Shown piece by piece: positions 46,501 to 53,748 of a stretch of 64,000 nucleotides of DNA (position 1 is its first letter; every line of letters begins with the position of its first letter). Source of the stretch: Escherichia phage p000y; sequence record MK047718.1; one strand, written 5' to 3'. The translations under genes and the position numbers were made by a program. Under the pieces are notes generated by a model that worked only from the letters and a program-made list of their open reading frames with translations, ran no database searches and was not told the origin of the DNA.

Positions 46501-47378
46501 CGCCATAAACTATTTGCAGCATCAAAAACAAAAAACGCGTCAGAGTCATTTCTGCCTTCGGCAATATGAGTCCCGACTTCACCAATAGACGTTGTATCAT
46601 CAAATGTTTTAACAATTGTATGATACAGTGGGTTTAATTTATCTAAATCAACTAGGTGGATTATATCACCGTTGTTAGCATTACGTGGAAGTGTAATGTT
46701 GATTGGTGCTGCACTAGTAAAACGACGAACGATAAAATCATTTGCTTGTGCTTGATATGGTGTCGCAGGTGTAACAGTGATTGATTCTTTACCATAATCG
46801 GTAATATACATCTGCCACAAACGATTACTAAACACAAACAATAGTTGTGAACGTGGGCGCGTCATTAAAACCGTACGAACTTGTTCACCTCTAAAGTTTA
46901 AAATACTCTGTACAGACGCGTTAATCTGTACTTTAACTGTCCCGGTTCTTCCACCAATATCAGCCAAAACAACAGTATCACCATCAACCGGCGTATTTGG
47001 CAACGTGAAAACCATATCATTGCCGGCACCAGTGTTAACCGAAATAGATTCACCTGAAGAAAGTTGATAAGTCCCAGAAGCGACAGTTATCCATTGTGCA
47101 TCAGTACGAACTGCACGCCATTGTAAAAGGTTAAATGCCCCGGAAGGAGACACGATATCATTTATTGCTTGATATAAACGGTTGTCATAAAGAACAACAA
47201 ATCCTTTGTTATATCCACGCGTAGAATCATATACTTGAACGGTGTTTTCTTGTACCAGGAAGTCAACGTTTACGCCATCAGTACCTACTGTACGGTCGGC
47301 TAATGCTACGTTAACAATCTTGTCGCCACCGGCGTCCAGACCGTCTTCGGCTCTGAACTTACGTTTGATGTCGGCCAT
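43503..47378 (-). CDS. 34: gp34 long tail fibre proximal subunit
   Basis: 1291 aa with internal repeats (...RGIAKIATTAQV / RGLAEIATQAET / SGIAELATQVEF...); late promoter TATAAATA about 30 nt upstream. Confidence 0.9.
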   Translation of the reverse strand: MADIKRKFRAEDGLDAGGDKIVNVALADRTVGTDGVNVDFLVQENTVQVYDSTRGYNKGFVVLYDNRLYQAINDIVSPSGAFNLLQWRAVRTDAQWITVASGTYQLSSGESISVNTGAGNDMVFTLPNTPVDGDTVVLADIGGRTGTVKVQINASVQSILNFRGEQVRTVLMTRPRSQLLFVFSNRLWQMYITDYGKESITVTPATPYQAQANDFIVRRFTSAAPINITLPRNANNGDIIHLVDLDKLNPLYHTIVKTFDDTTSIGEVGTHIAEGRNDSDAFFVFDAANSLWRIWEGDQKSRLRIIRADSNIRPNEEVLIFGTNNATAGTINLTLPSGILSGDTVKISMNYMRKGQTVKIKAAEGDTIASSVALLQFPKRSEYPPDAQWVSVTELEFNGTTSYVPVLELAYIEDTVAGTRYWVVQQNVPTVERVDAGTDATRARLGVIALATQAQANVDLENTPAKEVAITPETLANRTATEARRGIAKIATTAQVNQNSTATFVDDTIVTPKKLNGRTATETRRGLAEIATQAETDAGLDDTTIITPKKLQARQGSETLSGIVKYVSTTSATPAETRGTAGTNVYNKTVNNLTISPKALDQYKATYAQQGAVILAVDSEVIAGQSQAGYSHAVVTPETLHKKTSTDGRIGLIEIATQTETNAGTDYTRAVTPKTLNDRKATEGLSGIAELATQVEFDTGTDDTRISTPLKIKTHFDSSDRTSVNSDSGLIEEGTLWNHYTLDISKANETQRGTLRVATQAESNAGTLDDVLITPKKLLGTKSTETSEGVIKVATQAETVTGTSANTAVSPKNLKWIVQNEPTWAATTAIRGFVKTSSGSITFVGNDTVGSTQPLESYEKNSYAISPYELNRVLANYLPLKAKAADANLLDGLDSSQFIRRDIAQTVNGSLTLTQQTNLSAPLVSSSTATFGGSVSANSTLTISNTGTATRLIFEKGPQTGTNPAQTMTIRVWGNEFGGGSDTTRSTVFEVGDETSNHFYSQRNKAGNITFSINGTVMPINVNASGMLNANGVATFGRSVTANGEFISKSANAFRAISGDYGFFIRNDGGSTYFMLTASGDQTGGFNGLRPLSINNQSGQVTIGESLIIAKGATINSGGLTVNSRIRSQGTKTSDLYTRAPTSDNVGFWSIDINDSATYNQFPGYFKMVEKTNEVTGLPYLERGEEVKSPGTLTQFGNTLDSLYQDWITYPTTPEARTTRWTRTWQKTKNSWSSFVQVFDGGNPPQPSDIGALPSDNATIGNLTIRDFLRIGNVRIIPDPVNKSVKFEWIE

Positions 47379-47408
47379 TCGTTTTTCCTTTATTGTTTCA
47401 ATAATACT

Positions 47409-47416
47409 TATTTATA
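47409..47416 (-). promoter_or_regulatory. T4 late promoter (TATAAATA) for gene 34
   Basis: Exact TATAAATA on the - strand about 30 nt upstream of the gp34 start. Confidence 0.7.
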
Positions 47417-47419
47417 CCA

Positions 47420-47449
47420 GTTTACGCTTTCAAATGAGTGTGTTACTAT
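47420..47449 (+). promoter_or_regulatory. T4-type early promoter upstream of rnh
   Basis: GTTTAC, 18-nt spacer, TACTAT. Confidence 0.45.
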
Positions 47450-47481
47450 AGACAAGTTGACTAACTGAACAAGAGGTTCAT

Positions 47482-48399
47482 ATGGATTTAGAAATGATGT
47501 TGGATGAAGATTACAAAGAAGGTATTGCGCTTGCCGACTTTAGTAACATTGCACTGGCAGCCGCATTAAACAACTTTGAAGACGGCGATAAAATTACAGT
47601 TCCAATGGTTCGCCATGTAATCTTGAATTCAATTCGTAAAAACGTAGTGATGTTCCGTAAGCAAGGCTATACAAAATTTGTATTGTGTATGGATAATGCT
47701 ACTTCGGGTTATTGGCGTCGAGACTTTGCTTACTATTACAAGAAAAATCGTAAAACCGATCGTGAAGCTTCAAAGTGGGATTGGGAAGGATATTTTACTG
47801 CACTCCATCAAGTTGTTGATGAGATTAAGAAATACATGCCATACGTTGTAATGGATATTGACAAGTATGAAGCGGATGACCATATCGGTGTATTAACTAA
47901 ATATTTGTCATTAGCTGGACATAAAGTATGTATTGTTGCATCAGATGGTGACTTTACACAATTACACAAATATCCTAACGTTAAACAGTGGTCGCCACCA
48001 CAGAAAAAATGGGTTAAAATTAAGAATGGTTCTGCTGAAATTGATTGCATGACTAAAATTCTTAAAGGTGACCGTAAGGATGGTGTTGCATCTGTTCGAG
48101 TTCGTGGCGACTTCTGGTTTACCAGAGTTGATGGTGAACGAACTCCGAGTATGAAAACATCGATTATTGAAGCAATTGCCAATGACCGTTCTCAAGCTGA
48201 AGTATTATTAAGTGCAGAAGAATATAAACGGTATCAAGAAAATTTGGTTCTCATTGATTTTGATTATATCCCTGATAATATTGCTTCAACCATTATAGAG
48301 TATTATAACTCGTATAAACAACAACCTAAAGGCAAGATTTATTCATACTTTGTAAAATCTGGTCTTTCTAAATTAACAAGTGTAATTAATGAATTCTGA
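47482..48399 (+). CDS. rnh: RNase H (FEN-family 5'-3' exonuclease)
   Basis: 305 aa, same length as T4 RNase H; acidic motifs (CMDNATSGYWRRD, DKYEADDHIGVL, ASDGDFTQL). Confidence 0.9.
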   Translation: MDLEMMLDEDYKEGIALADFSNIALAAALNNFEDGDKITVPMVRHVILNSIRKNVVMFRKQGYTKFVLCMDNATSGYWRRDFAYYYKKNRKTDREASKWDWEGYFTALHQVVDEIKKYMPYVVMDIDKYEADDHIGVLTKYLSLAGHKVCIVASDGDFTQLHKYPNVKQWSPPQKKWVKIKNGSAEIDCMTKILKGDRKDGVASVRVRGDFWFTRVDGERTPSMKTSIIEAIANDRSQAEVLLSAEEYKRYQENLVLIDFDYIPDNIASTIIEYYNSYKQQPKGKIYSYFVKSGLSKLTSVINEF

Positions 48400-48406
48400 G
48401 GTAAAC

Positions 48407-48676
48407 ATGGCTAAGAAAGAAGCAGTTGAATTTAATCAAGATGTGCACGGTGAAGAACTGGCTAAACTAGTCAAGGAAGCTTCCGATAACAAACTTAAAA
48501 TTTCTGGTTATAATGAACTGATTAAAGACATTCGTACTCGTGCTAAAGAAGAGCTTGGTGTTGATGGAAAAATGTTTAATCGTTTGTTAGCTCTTTATCA
48601 TAAAGACGCTCGTGACCAATTTGAAGCTGAAAACGAAGAGGTAGTCGAGCTTTATGACACAGTTTTCACTAAGTGA
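48407..48676 (+). CDS. dsbA: DsbA double-stranded DNA binding protein (late transcription)
   Basis: MAKKEAVEFNQDVHGEELAKLVKEASDNKLKISGYNELIKDIRTRAKEELGVDGKMFNRLLALYHKD matches T4 DsbA as recalled; GAGGT SD. Confidence 0.8.
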   Translation: MAKKEAVEFNQDVHGEELAKLVKEASDNKLKISGYNELIKDIRTRAKEELGVDGKMFNRLLALYHKDARDQFEAENEEVVELYDTVFTK

Positions 48677-48992
48677 TATTAAACCGGTTGATGAGGCCGG
48701 TTTATCTGAACAAGAATTAGCAGTAAAACACGATAAAGATGATATCGCTAAATTGCTTGACCGACAAGAAAACGGATTCATTATCGAATCCATGGTTGAA
48801 CAATTTGGTATGTCTTATTTAGAAGCAACAACTGCTTTCTTGGAAGAAAATTCTATTCCAGAAACACAATTTGCTAAATTTATTCCTACAGGAATTGTTG
48901 AAAAAATTACAAGCGAAGCAATTGACGAAAACATGCTTCGCCCATCAGTTGCTCGTGGTGAAAAAACTAATACGTTAGATTTCTTATTATGA
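48654..48992 (+). CDS. 33: gp33 late transcription co-activator
   Basis: MTQFSLSDIKPVDEAGLSEQELAVKHDKDDIAKLLDRQENGFIIESMVEQFGMSYLEATTAFLEENSIPETQFAKFIP matches T4 gp33 as recalled. Confidence 0.9.
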   Translation: MTQFSLSDIKPVDEAGLSEQELAVKHDKDDIAKLLDRQENGFIIESMVEQFGMSYLEATTAFLEENSIPETQFAKFIPTGIVEKITSEAIDENMLRPSVARGEKTNTLDFLL

Positions 48993-49642
48993 TTAAAATA
49001 CGCATGCCTCCTGATGGAGAACGTTATATTAACGGAAAATCGGTATACAAACTATACTTGATGTGCAAACAACATTTTAATGGTCGGTATGACGTAATCA
49101 AATATAACTGGTGCATGCGTGTTTCGGATAATGCGTATCAAAAACGCCGAGATAAATATTTCTTTGAAAAACTAGCAGAGAAATATAAATTGAAGGAACT
49201 CACCTTGATATTCATAAGCAACTTAGTTGCTAACCAAGACGCATGGATTGGTGAGATATCAGACGCTGATGCATTAGTTTTCTATAGGGAATATATTGGA
49301 CGTCTCAAACAAGCTAAAGAGACGTTTTCTGAAGACGTACGTAACATCTACTATTTCAGTAAGAAAGTTGAAGTTAGTGCGCTTCAAGAGATATTTGATT
49401 ATAATAACAACGTTCAGTCGAGCTACATATTCAAATTGCTACAAAGCAATATAATTTCATTTGAGACTTTCTTATTGTTAGACTCGTTTTTGAATATTAT
49501 AGATAAGCACGACGAACTCACTGACAATTTAGTGTGGCAAAATTATTCTACCAAATTAAAGGCATATCGAAAAATACTTCAAATCGATGGAAATGCTGCT
49601 AAGAAATTGTTCATAGAAACAATCAAATCATGTAAGTATTAA
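48989..49642 (+). CDS. 59: gp59 helicase loader
   Basis: 217 aa (T4 gp59 is 217 aa); ATGA overlap with 33; position before 32. Confidence 0.85.
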   Translation: MIKIRMPPDGERYINGKSVYKLYLMCKQHFNGRYDVIKYNWCMRVSDNAYQKRRDKYFFEKLAEKYKLKELTLIFISNLVANQDAWIGEISDADALVFYREYIGRLKQAKETFSEDVRNIYYFSKKVEVSALQEIFDYNNNVQSSYIFKLLQSNIISFETFLLLDSFLNIIDKHDELTDNLVWQNYSTKLKAYRKILQIDGNAAKKLFIETIKSCKY

Positions 49643-49671
49643 GCTTTATTTCTTGTGTGTTAAAATTACTT

Positions 49672-49679
49672 TATAAATA
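49672..49679 (+). promoter_or_regulatory. Late-promoter-like TATAAATA upstream of gene 32
   Basis: Exact TATAAATA about 90 nt upstream of the gp32 ATG. Confidence 0.45.
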
Positions 49680-49689
49680 AATCATACCA

Positions 49690-49767
49690 GCTACGAGGTA
49701 TAAGTGTCGTAGCAACCAACTGTAAATAAATTAAATAATTTAAATAATCTAAATAAAGGTAAATATA
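49690..49767 (+). promoter_or_regulatory. Gene 32 translational operator (autoregulatory leader): hairpin plus repeated TAAATAA elements
   Basis: Stem GCTACGA/TCGTAGC (49690-49713), then five direct TAAATAA-like repeats with about 9-nt period running up to the ATG; matches the known architecture of the T4 gene 32 leader. Confidence 0.6.
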
Positions 49768-50670
49768 ATGTTTAAACGTAAATCTACTGCTGACCTCGCT
49801 GCTCAAATGGCTAAACTGAACGGTAACAAAGGTTTCTCTTCAGAAGATAAAGGCGAATGGAAGCTGAAGCTAGATGCATCCGGTAATGGTCAAGCGGTAA
49901 TTCGTTTCTTGCCAGCAAAAACTGATGATGCACTACCATTTGCAATTCTTGTTAACCACGGTTTCAAGAAAAATGGTAAATGGTATATTGAAAATTGCTC
50001 TTCTACACATGGTGATTACGACTCTTGTCCTGTATGTCAGTACATTAGTAAAAATGACCTGTACAATACCAACAAAGCTGAATATTCTCAACTGAAACGT
50101 AAAACTTCTTATTGGGCTAATATTCTGGTTGTTAAAGACCCTCAAGCTCCAGATAATGAAGGTAAAGTATTTAAATATCGTTTCGGTAAAAAGATTTGGG
50201 ACAAAATCAATGCAATGATTGCAGTTGATACCGAAATGGGTGAAACTCCAGTTGATGTTACTTGTCCGTTTGAAGGTGCTAACTTCGTTCTGAAAGCTAA
50301 GCAGGTTTCTGGTTTTAGCAACTATGACGAATCTAAATTCTTGGGTCAATCTGAAATTCCTCGTATTAATGACGAAGCATTCCAGAAAGAACTATATGAC
50401 CAGATGGTAGACCTTACCACTTTGACGGCTAAAGACCAGTTCAAATCCTTTGAAAAATTAAATGAATCTTTCGCTAAGGTTCTTGGTACTGCCGCTCTTG
50501 GTGGTGCAGCAGCCGCAGCAGCTTCTGTTGCAGATAAAGTTGCTTCTGACCTTGACGATTTTGATAAAGACATGGAAGCCTTTAGTTCTGCAAAAACTGA
50601 AGATGACTTCATGAGTTCTACCTCATCCTCTGATGATGGTGACCTCGATGACCTGTTAGCTGGTCTATAA
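49768..50670 (+). CDS. 32: gp32 single-stranded DNA binding protein
   Basis: [36 protein letters not shown]...[12 protein letters not shown]... near-identical to T4 gp32; operator-like leader upstream; terminator downstream. Confidence 0.95.
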   Translation: MFKRKSTADLAAQMAKLNGNKGFSSEDKGEWKLKLDASGNGQAVIRFLPAKTDDALPFAILVNHGFKKNGKWYIENCSSTHGDYDSCPVCQYISKNDLYNTNKAEYSQLKRKTSYWANILVVKDPQAPDNEGKVFKYRFGKKIWDKINAMIAVDTEMGETPVDVTCPFEGANFVLKAKQVSGFSNYDESKFLGQSEIPRINDEAFQKELYDQMVDLTTLTAKDQFKSFEKLNESFAKVLGTAALGGAAAAAASVADKVASDLDDFDKDMEAFSSAKTEDDFMSSTSSSDDGDLDDLLAGL

Positions 50671-50676
50671 TAAATC

Positions 50677-50698
50677 GGGAGACTTCGGTCTCCCTTTT
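50677..50698 (+). terminator. Intrinsic terminator after gene 32
   Basis: GGGAGAC-TTCG-GTCTCCC followed by T4. Confidence 0.7.
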
Positions 50699-50783
50699 GA
50701 GTATCTGTAAATTGCCGAAAAAGTTGTTTACTTCTTCCCTGGATGTATTAGTATAGACATATCAACAACATGAGGAAATCAAA

Positions 50784-51188
50784 ATGGAAATCGGAAAATC
50801 TTATATCATTAACCCTTTATTTAAAGACGACTTTGTTCAAGAAGCACCACATAATAACGCTAAGATGTTAAAACTGATTGAACTCCATGGGCCTAGTTTT
50901 GTTGTAAACGGAATGGAACCTGATTACGATAGCGATACGCCAAACGTAGTAAGTGTAACTATGGAAGATGGTACTGTATGTTCTGCCGGTGGTGAAATTG
51001 AAACTTATTTTGAGATTTATCCTGATGAGTTCAAATACTTTATTGAGTACTTTACTGAGGTAGATTTAGTAAAGCCTCAACCTACTAACGAAGGTATAAC
51101 TTTAGGTGTAACAAAAATCCATTGTATCGTAGATGAAACCAACGTCGACGAAATCATCGAACTTTTGCAAAAAACTTTTAAAAAGTAG
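50784..51188 (+). CDS. Hypothetical protein (134 aa)
   Basis: Early promoter and RBS upstream; 32-frd interval. Confidence 0.5.
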   Translation: MEIGKSYIINPLFKDDFVQEAPHNNAKMLKLIELHGPSFVVNGMEPDYDSDTPNVVSVTMEDGTVCSAGGEIETYFEIYPDEFKYFIEYFTEVDLVKPQPTNEGITLGVTKIHCIVDETNVDEIIELLQKTFKK

Positions 51189-51216
51189 TTTACAATCAGA
51201 TAGGGTTATGTTATAG
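51187..51216 (+). promoter_or_regulatory. T4-type early promoter with inverted repeat GATAGGG/CCCTATC
   Basis: GTTTAC...gatagggttatgttatagtagccctatc. Confidence 0.55.
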
Positions 51217-51251
51217 TAGCCCTATCAAATAAAAGTGAAGAGGAGAATAAA

Positions 51252-51494
51252 ATGAGATTGCAACGCCAGAGCATCAAAGATTCAGAAGTTAGAGGTAAAT
51301 GGTACTTCAACATCGTTGGTAAAGATGCTGAACTCCTTGAACAAGCTGAAGAAGCTTTACGTGAAATGGGTTGGAACGAAGAATGTGATGGATGTCCACT
51401 CTACGAAGATGGTATATCATCCGGATTCTGGATTTATCACTCGGATGTCGACCAATTTAAAGCTGATTGGAAAATTGTGAAAAAGTCTGTTTGA
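51252..51494 (+). CDS. Hypothetical protein (80 aa)
   Basis: Early promoter 51187-51216 plus GAGGAGAA RBS. Confidence 0.5.
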   Translation: MRLQRQSIKDSEVRGKWYFNIVGKDAELLEQAEEALREMGWNEECDGCPLYEDGISSGFWIYHSDVDQFKADWKIVKKSV

Positions 51495-51503
51495 GGAAAT
51501 ACA

Positions 51504-51755
51504 ATGAAAACACTAAATTTACTTAAGGTTGGGGAAGACATAGATATTGCTGATATCTACAAAAATCTAACTTATTATGATAATTTATTTGTCGTTCAAA
51601 CCTTAAATGGCGATTATTACACTGTTTCTTTAGTGCGAAATAAATTTAAAAACAAATTTTACTTTTGTATTTATAATTATCACGGCCAACGCTCTAGCAA
51701 TTATATTGAACCATCTGACATATTTTATATTGAGGAATTAAAATGCTTAAATTAG
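51504..51755 (+). CDS. Hypothetical protein (83 aa)
   Basis: GAGGAA RBS; packed before frd. Confidence 0.45.
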   Translation: MKTLNLLKVGEDIDIADIYKNLTYYDNLFVVQTLNGDYYTVSLVRNKFKNKFYFCIYNYHGQRSSNYIEPSDIFYIEELKCLN

Positions 51756-52330
51756 TATTCGCATGCGCACCATCTAAAACAGTTGATGATAAACTGGAAT
51801 ATGCTTTTGGATTAGGTGATGGACTTCCATGGAAGCATATCAAACAAGATATGAGTAACTTTGTTGCTCGCACTAAAAACACTGTAATGGTTATGGGTGC
51901 TAAGACTTTTGCATCATTACCTCGTCTACTCCCAGATCGTACTCATGTAGTTGTCACCGATATGTCTAGAAAACTGCCTAGGACTAAAAGCGACGAACTT
52001 GCACGGTTCTATATCACCCAAGCAGAATTTATTACCCTGGTGACTGGTAGTGAAATTAACTTGTTCGGCCCTTCAACAGACGTACCATTTAAACTTTCTA
52101 CTGAACATGTTGATGTATCTGTTATCGGTGGCCCGGCTCTATTAAAACAAGCACTGCCTTATGCCGATGAAATTGTGATGACTAAAATCATTAAGAAATG
52201 TCGTGTTAATTCAGACGTTCAACTTGATAAAGATTTCATCCAAGATATTATGCTTCAACGTTCTATGGTAGAATCTCATTACTACAGAATCGATGAACTC
52301 ACCGAAATTACTGAGAGCGTATATAAATGA
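51743..52330 (+). CDS. frd: Dihydrofolate reductase
   Basis: MLKLVFA..PSKTVD...FGLGDGLPW...MGAKTF.SLP.LLP.R.HVVV...VIGGPALL...LPYADE matches T4 Frd; 195 aa. Confidence 0.85.
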   Translation: MLKLVFACAPSKTVDDKLEYAFGLGDGLPWKHIKQDMSNFVARTKNTVMVMGAKTFASLPRLLPDRTHVVVTDMSRKLPRTKSDELARFYITQAEFITLVTGSEINLFGPSTDVPFKLSTEHVDVSVIGGPALLKQALPYADEIVMTKIIKKCRVNSDVQLDKDFIQDIMLQRSMVESHYYRIDELTEITESVYK

Positions 52331-53187
52331 AACAATACCAATACCTGATTAATGATATCCTAGAAAATGGCTACGAAACAGACGACCGTACAGGCACAGG
52401 AACAATTGCCCTGTTCGGAACTAAATTACGTTGGGACCTGACTAAAGGATTCCCTGCAGTAACAACTAAGAAATTAGCATGGAAAGCTTGTATTGCCGAG
52501 TTACTGTGGTTCATGTCTGGTTCTACCAATGTTAATGATTTACGTATTCGTACTCACGGTAGTCTTATTCAAGGTAAAACTATTTGGGACGACAACTATG
52601 AAAATCAGGCAAAAGACCTTGGATATCATAGCGGCGAACTTGGTCCTATTTATGGTAAGCAATGGCGTGATTTTGGCGGTGTAGACCAATTGGTCAAAAC
52701 TATCGACCGCATTAAAGCTCTTCCTAATGATCGTCGTCAAATTGTTTCTGCCTGGAATCCGGCTGAAATAAATCAAATGGCACTTCCTCCTTGCCATATG
52801 TTCTATCAGTTCAATGTGCGTAATGGTCATCTTGATTTACAATGGTACCAGAGAAGTGTTGATGTTTTCTTGGGCTTGCCGTTCAACATTGCCTCGTACG
52901 CTGCCTTGACTCATATTGTAGCTAAGATGTGTAATCTTATCCCGGGTGATTTAGTGTTCTCAGGCGGCAACACGCATATCTACAGCAATCATGTCGAGCA
53001 ATGCAAAGAAGTTCTTCGTCGTGAACCTAAAGAGTTATGTTCTCTTGAAATTAATTGGCCTAGTAATTTTGAGAATTGGCCTACAAAAATCCAAATGGAC
53101 TGGGTTACTGGAACGATGACACATTCTGATTTCGTTCTTAAAAATTACGAATCTCATCCAGCTATCAAAGCTAAAATGGCGGTATAA
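52327..53187 (+). CDS. td: Thymidylate synthase (uninterrupted, no intron)
   Basis: 286 aa; LPPCHMFYQF, QRSVDVFLGLPFNIASYA; a single continuous ORF. Confidence 0.9.
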   Translation: MKQYQYLINDILENGYETDDRTGTGTIALFGTKLRWDLTKGFPAVTTKKLAWKACIAELLWFMSGSTNVNDLRIRTHGSLIQGKTIWDDNYENQAKDLGYHSGELGPIYGKQWRDFGGVDQLVKTIDRIKALPNDRRQIVSAWNPAEINQMALPPCHMFYQFNVRNGHLDLQWYQRSVDVFLGLPFNIASYAALTHIVAKMCNLIPGDLVFSGGNTHIYSNHVEQCKEVLRREPKELCSLEINWPSNFENWPTKIQMDWVTGTMTHSDFVLKNYESHPAIKAKMAV

Positions 53188-53188
53188 A

Positions 53189-53443
53189 ATGATTTTACGT
53201 TTTATTAATTCATATGGCACCACAATTTTTGAAATGAAAAATCCAAGTGAACTGGATATCCCTTCACCAAATAGTGAAATCACAGTTAAAGGTGAACGAT
53301 TCATTTGTTATTCACATGAACGAATTTATGAATATCGTGAATTCTGTGGTGGATTCGGTATAGAAAAAGAACCGTTGGTTTATTTTAATATCACGGTCTT
53401 GACTCCTAAAGAATACGAAGAAATTATTGCAGAGGACATGTAA
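53189..53443 (+). CDS. Hypothetical protein (84 aa)
   Basis: ORF packed between td and nrdA. Confidence 0.45.
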   Translation: MILRFINSYGTTIFEMKNPSELDIPSPNSEITVKGERFICYSHERIYEYREFCGGFGIEKEPLVYFNITVLTPKEYEEIIAEDM

Positions 53444-53748
53444 TGAAAATGTGCCGCGTTGTGAATAAATATAAATCCGATTTTGATGTTAATATTCATC
53501 GTGGCACATTCTGGGGAAATTATGTAGGCAAGGATGCCTCTTCCCGAGAAGAAGCTATTGAGCTTTTCAAAAAGGATTTTATTAAGAGAATTAAGTGTGG
53601 AGAAATCACAAAAGCTCATCTAGAACCTTTACGTGGTATGCGTCTGGGATGCACATGTAAACCAAAAGCCTGTCATGGTGATATAATATCTCTAGTGGTT
53701 AATAAACTTTTTAAAGACGAATTTAATATAGAGGACATATGCAAGTAA
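53443..53748 (+). CDS. Hypothetical protein (101 aa) with a GCTCKPKACHGD motif
   Basis: TAATG overlap; CxC...CH motif suggests a small metal-binding domain. Confidence 0.45.
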   Translation: MKMCRVVNKYKSDFDVNIHRGTFWGNYVGKDASSREEAIELFKKDFIKRIKCGEITKAHLEPLRGMRLGCTCKPKACHGDIISLVVNKLFKDEFNIEDICK

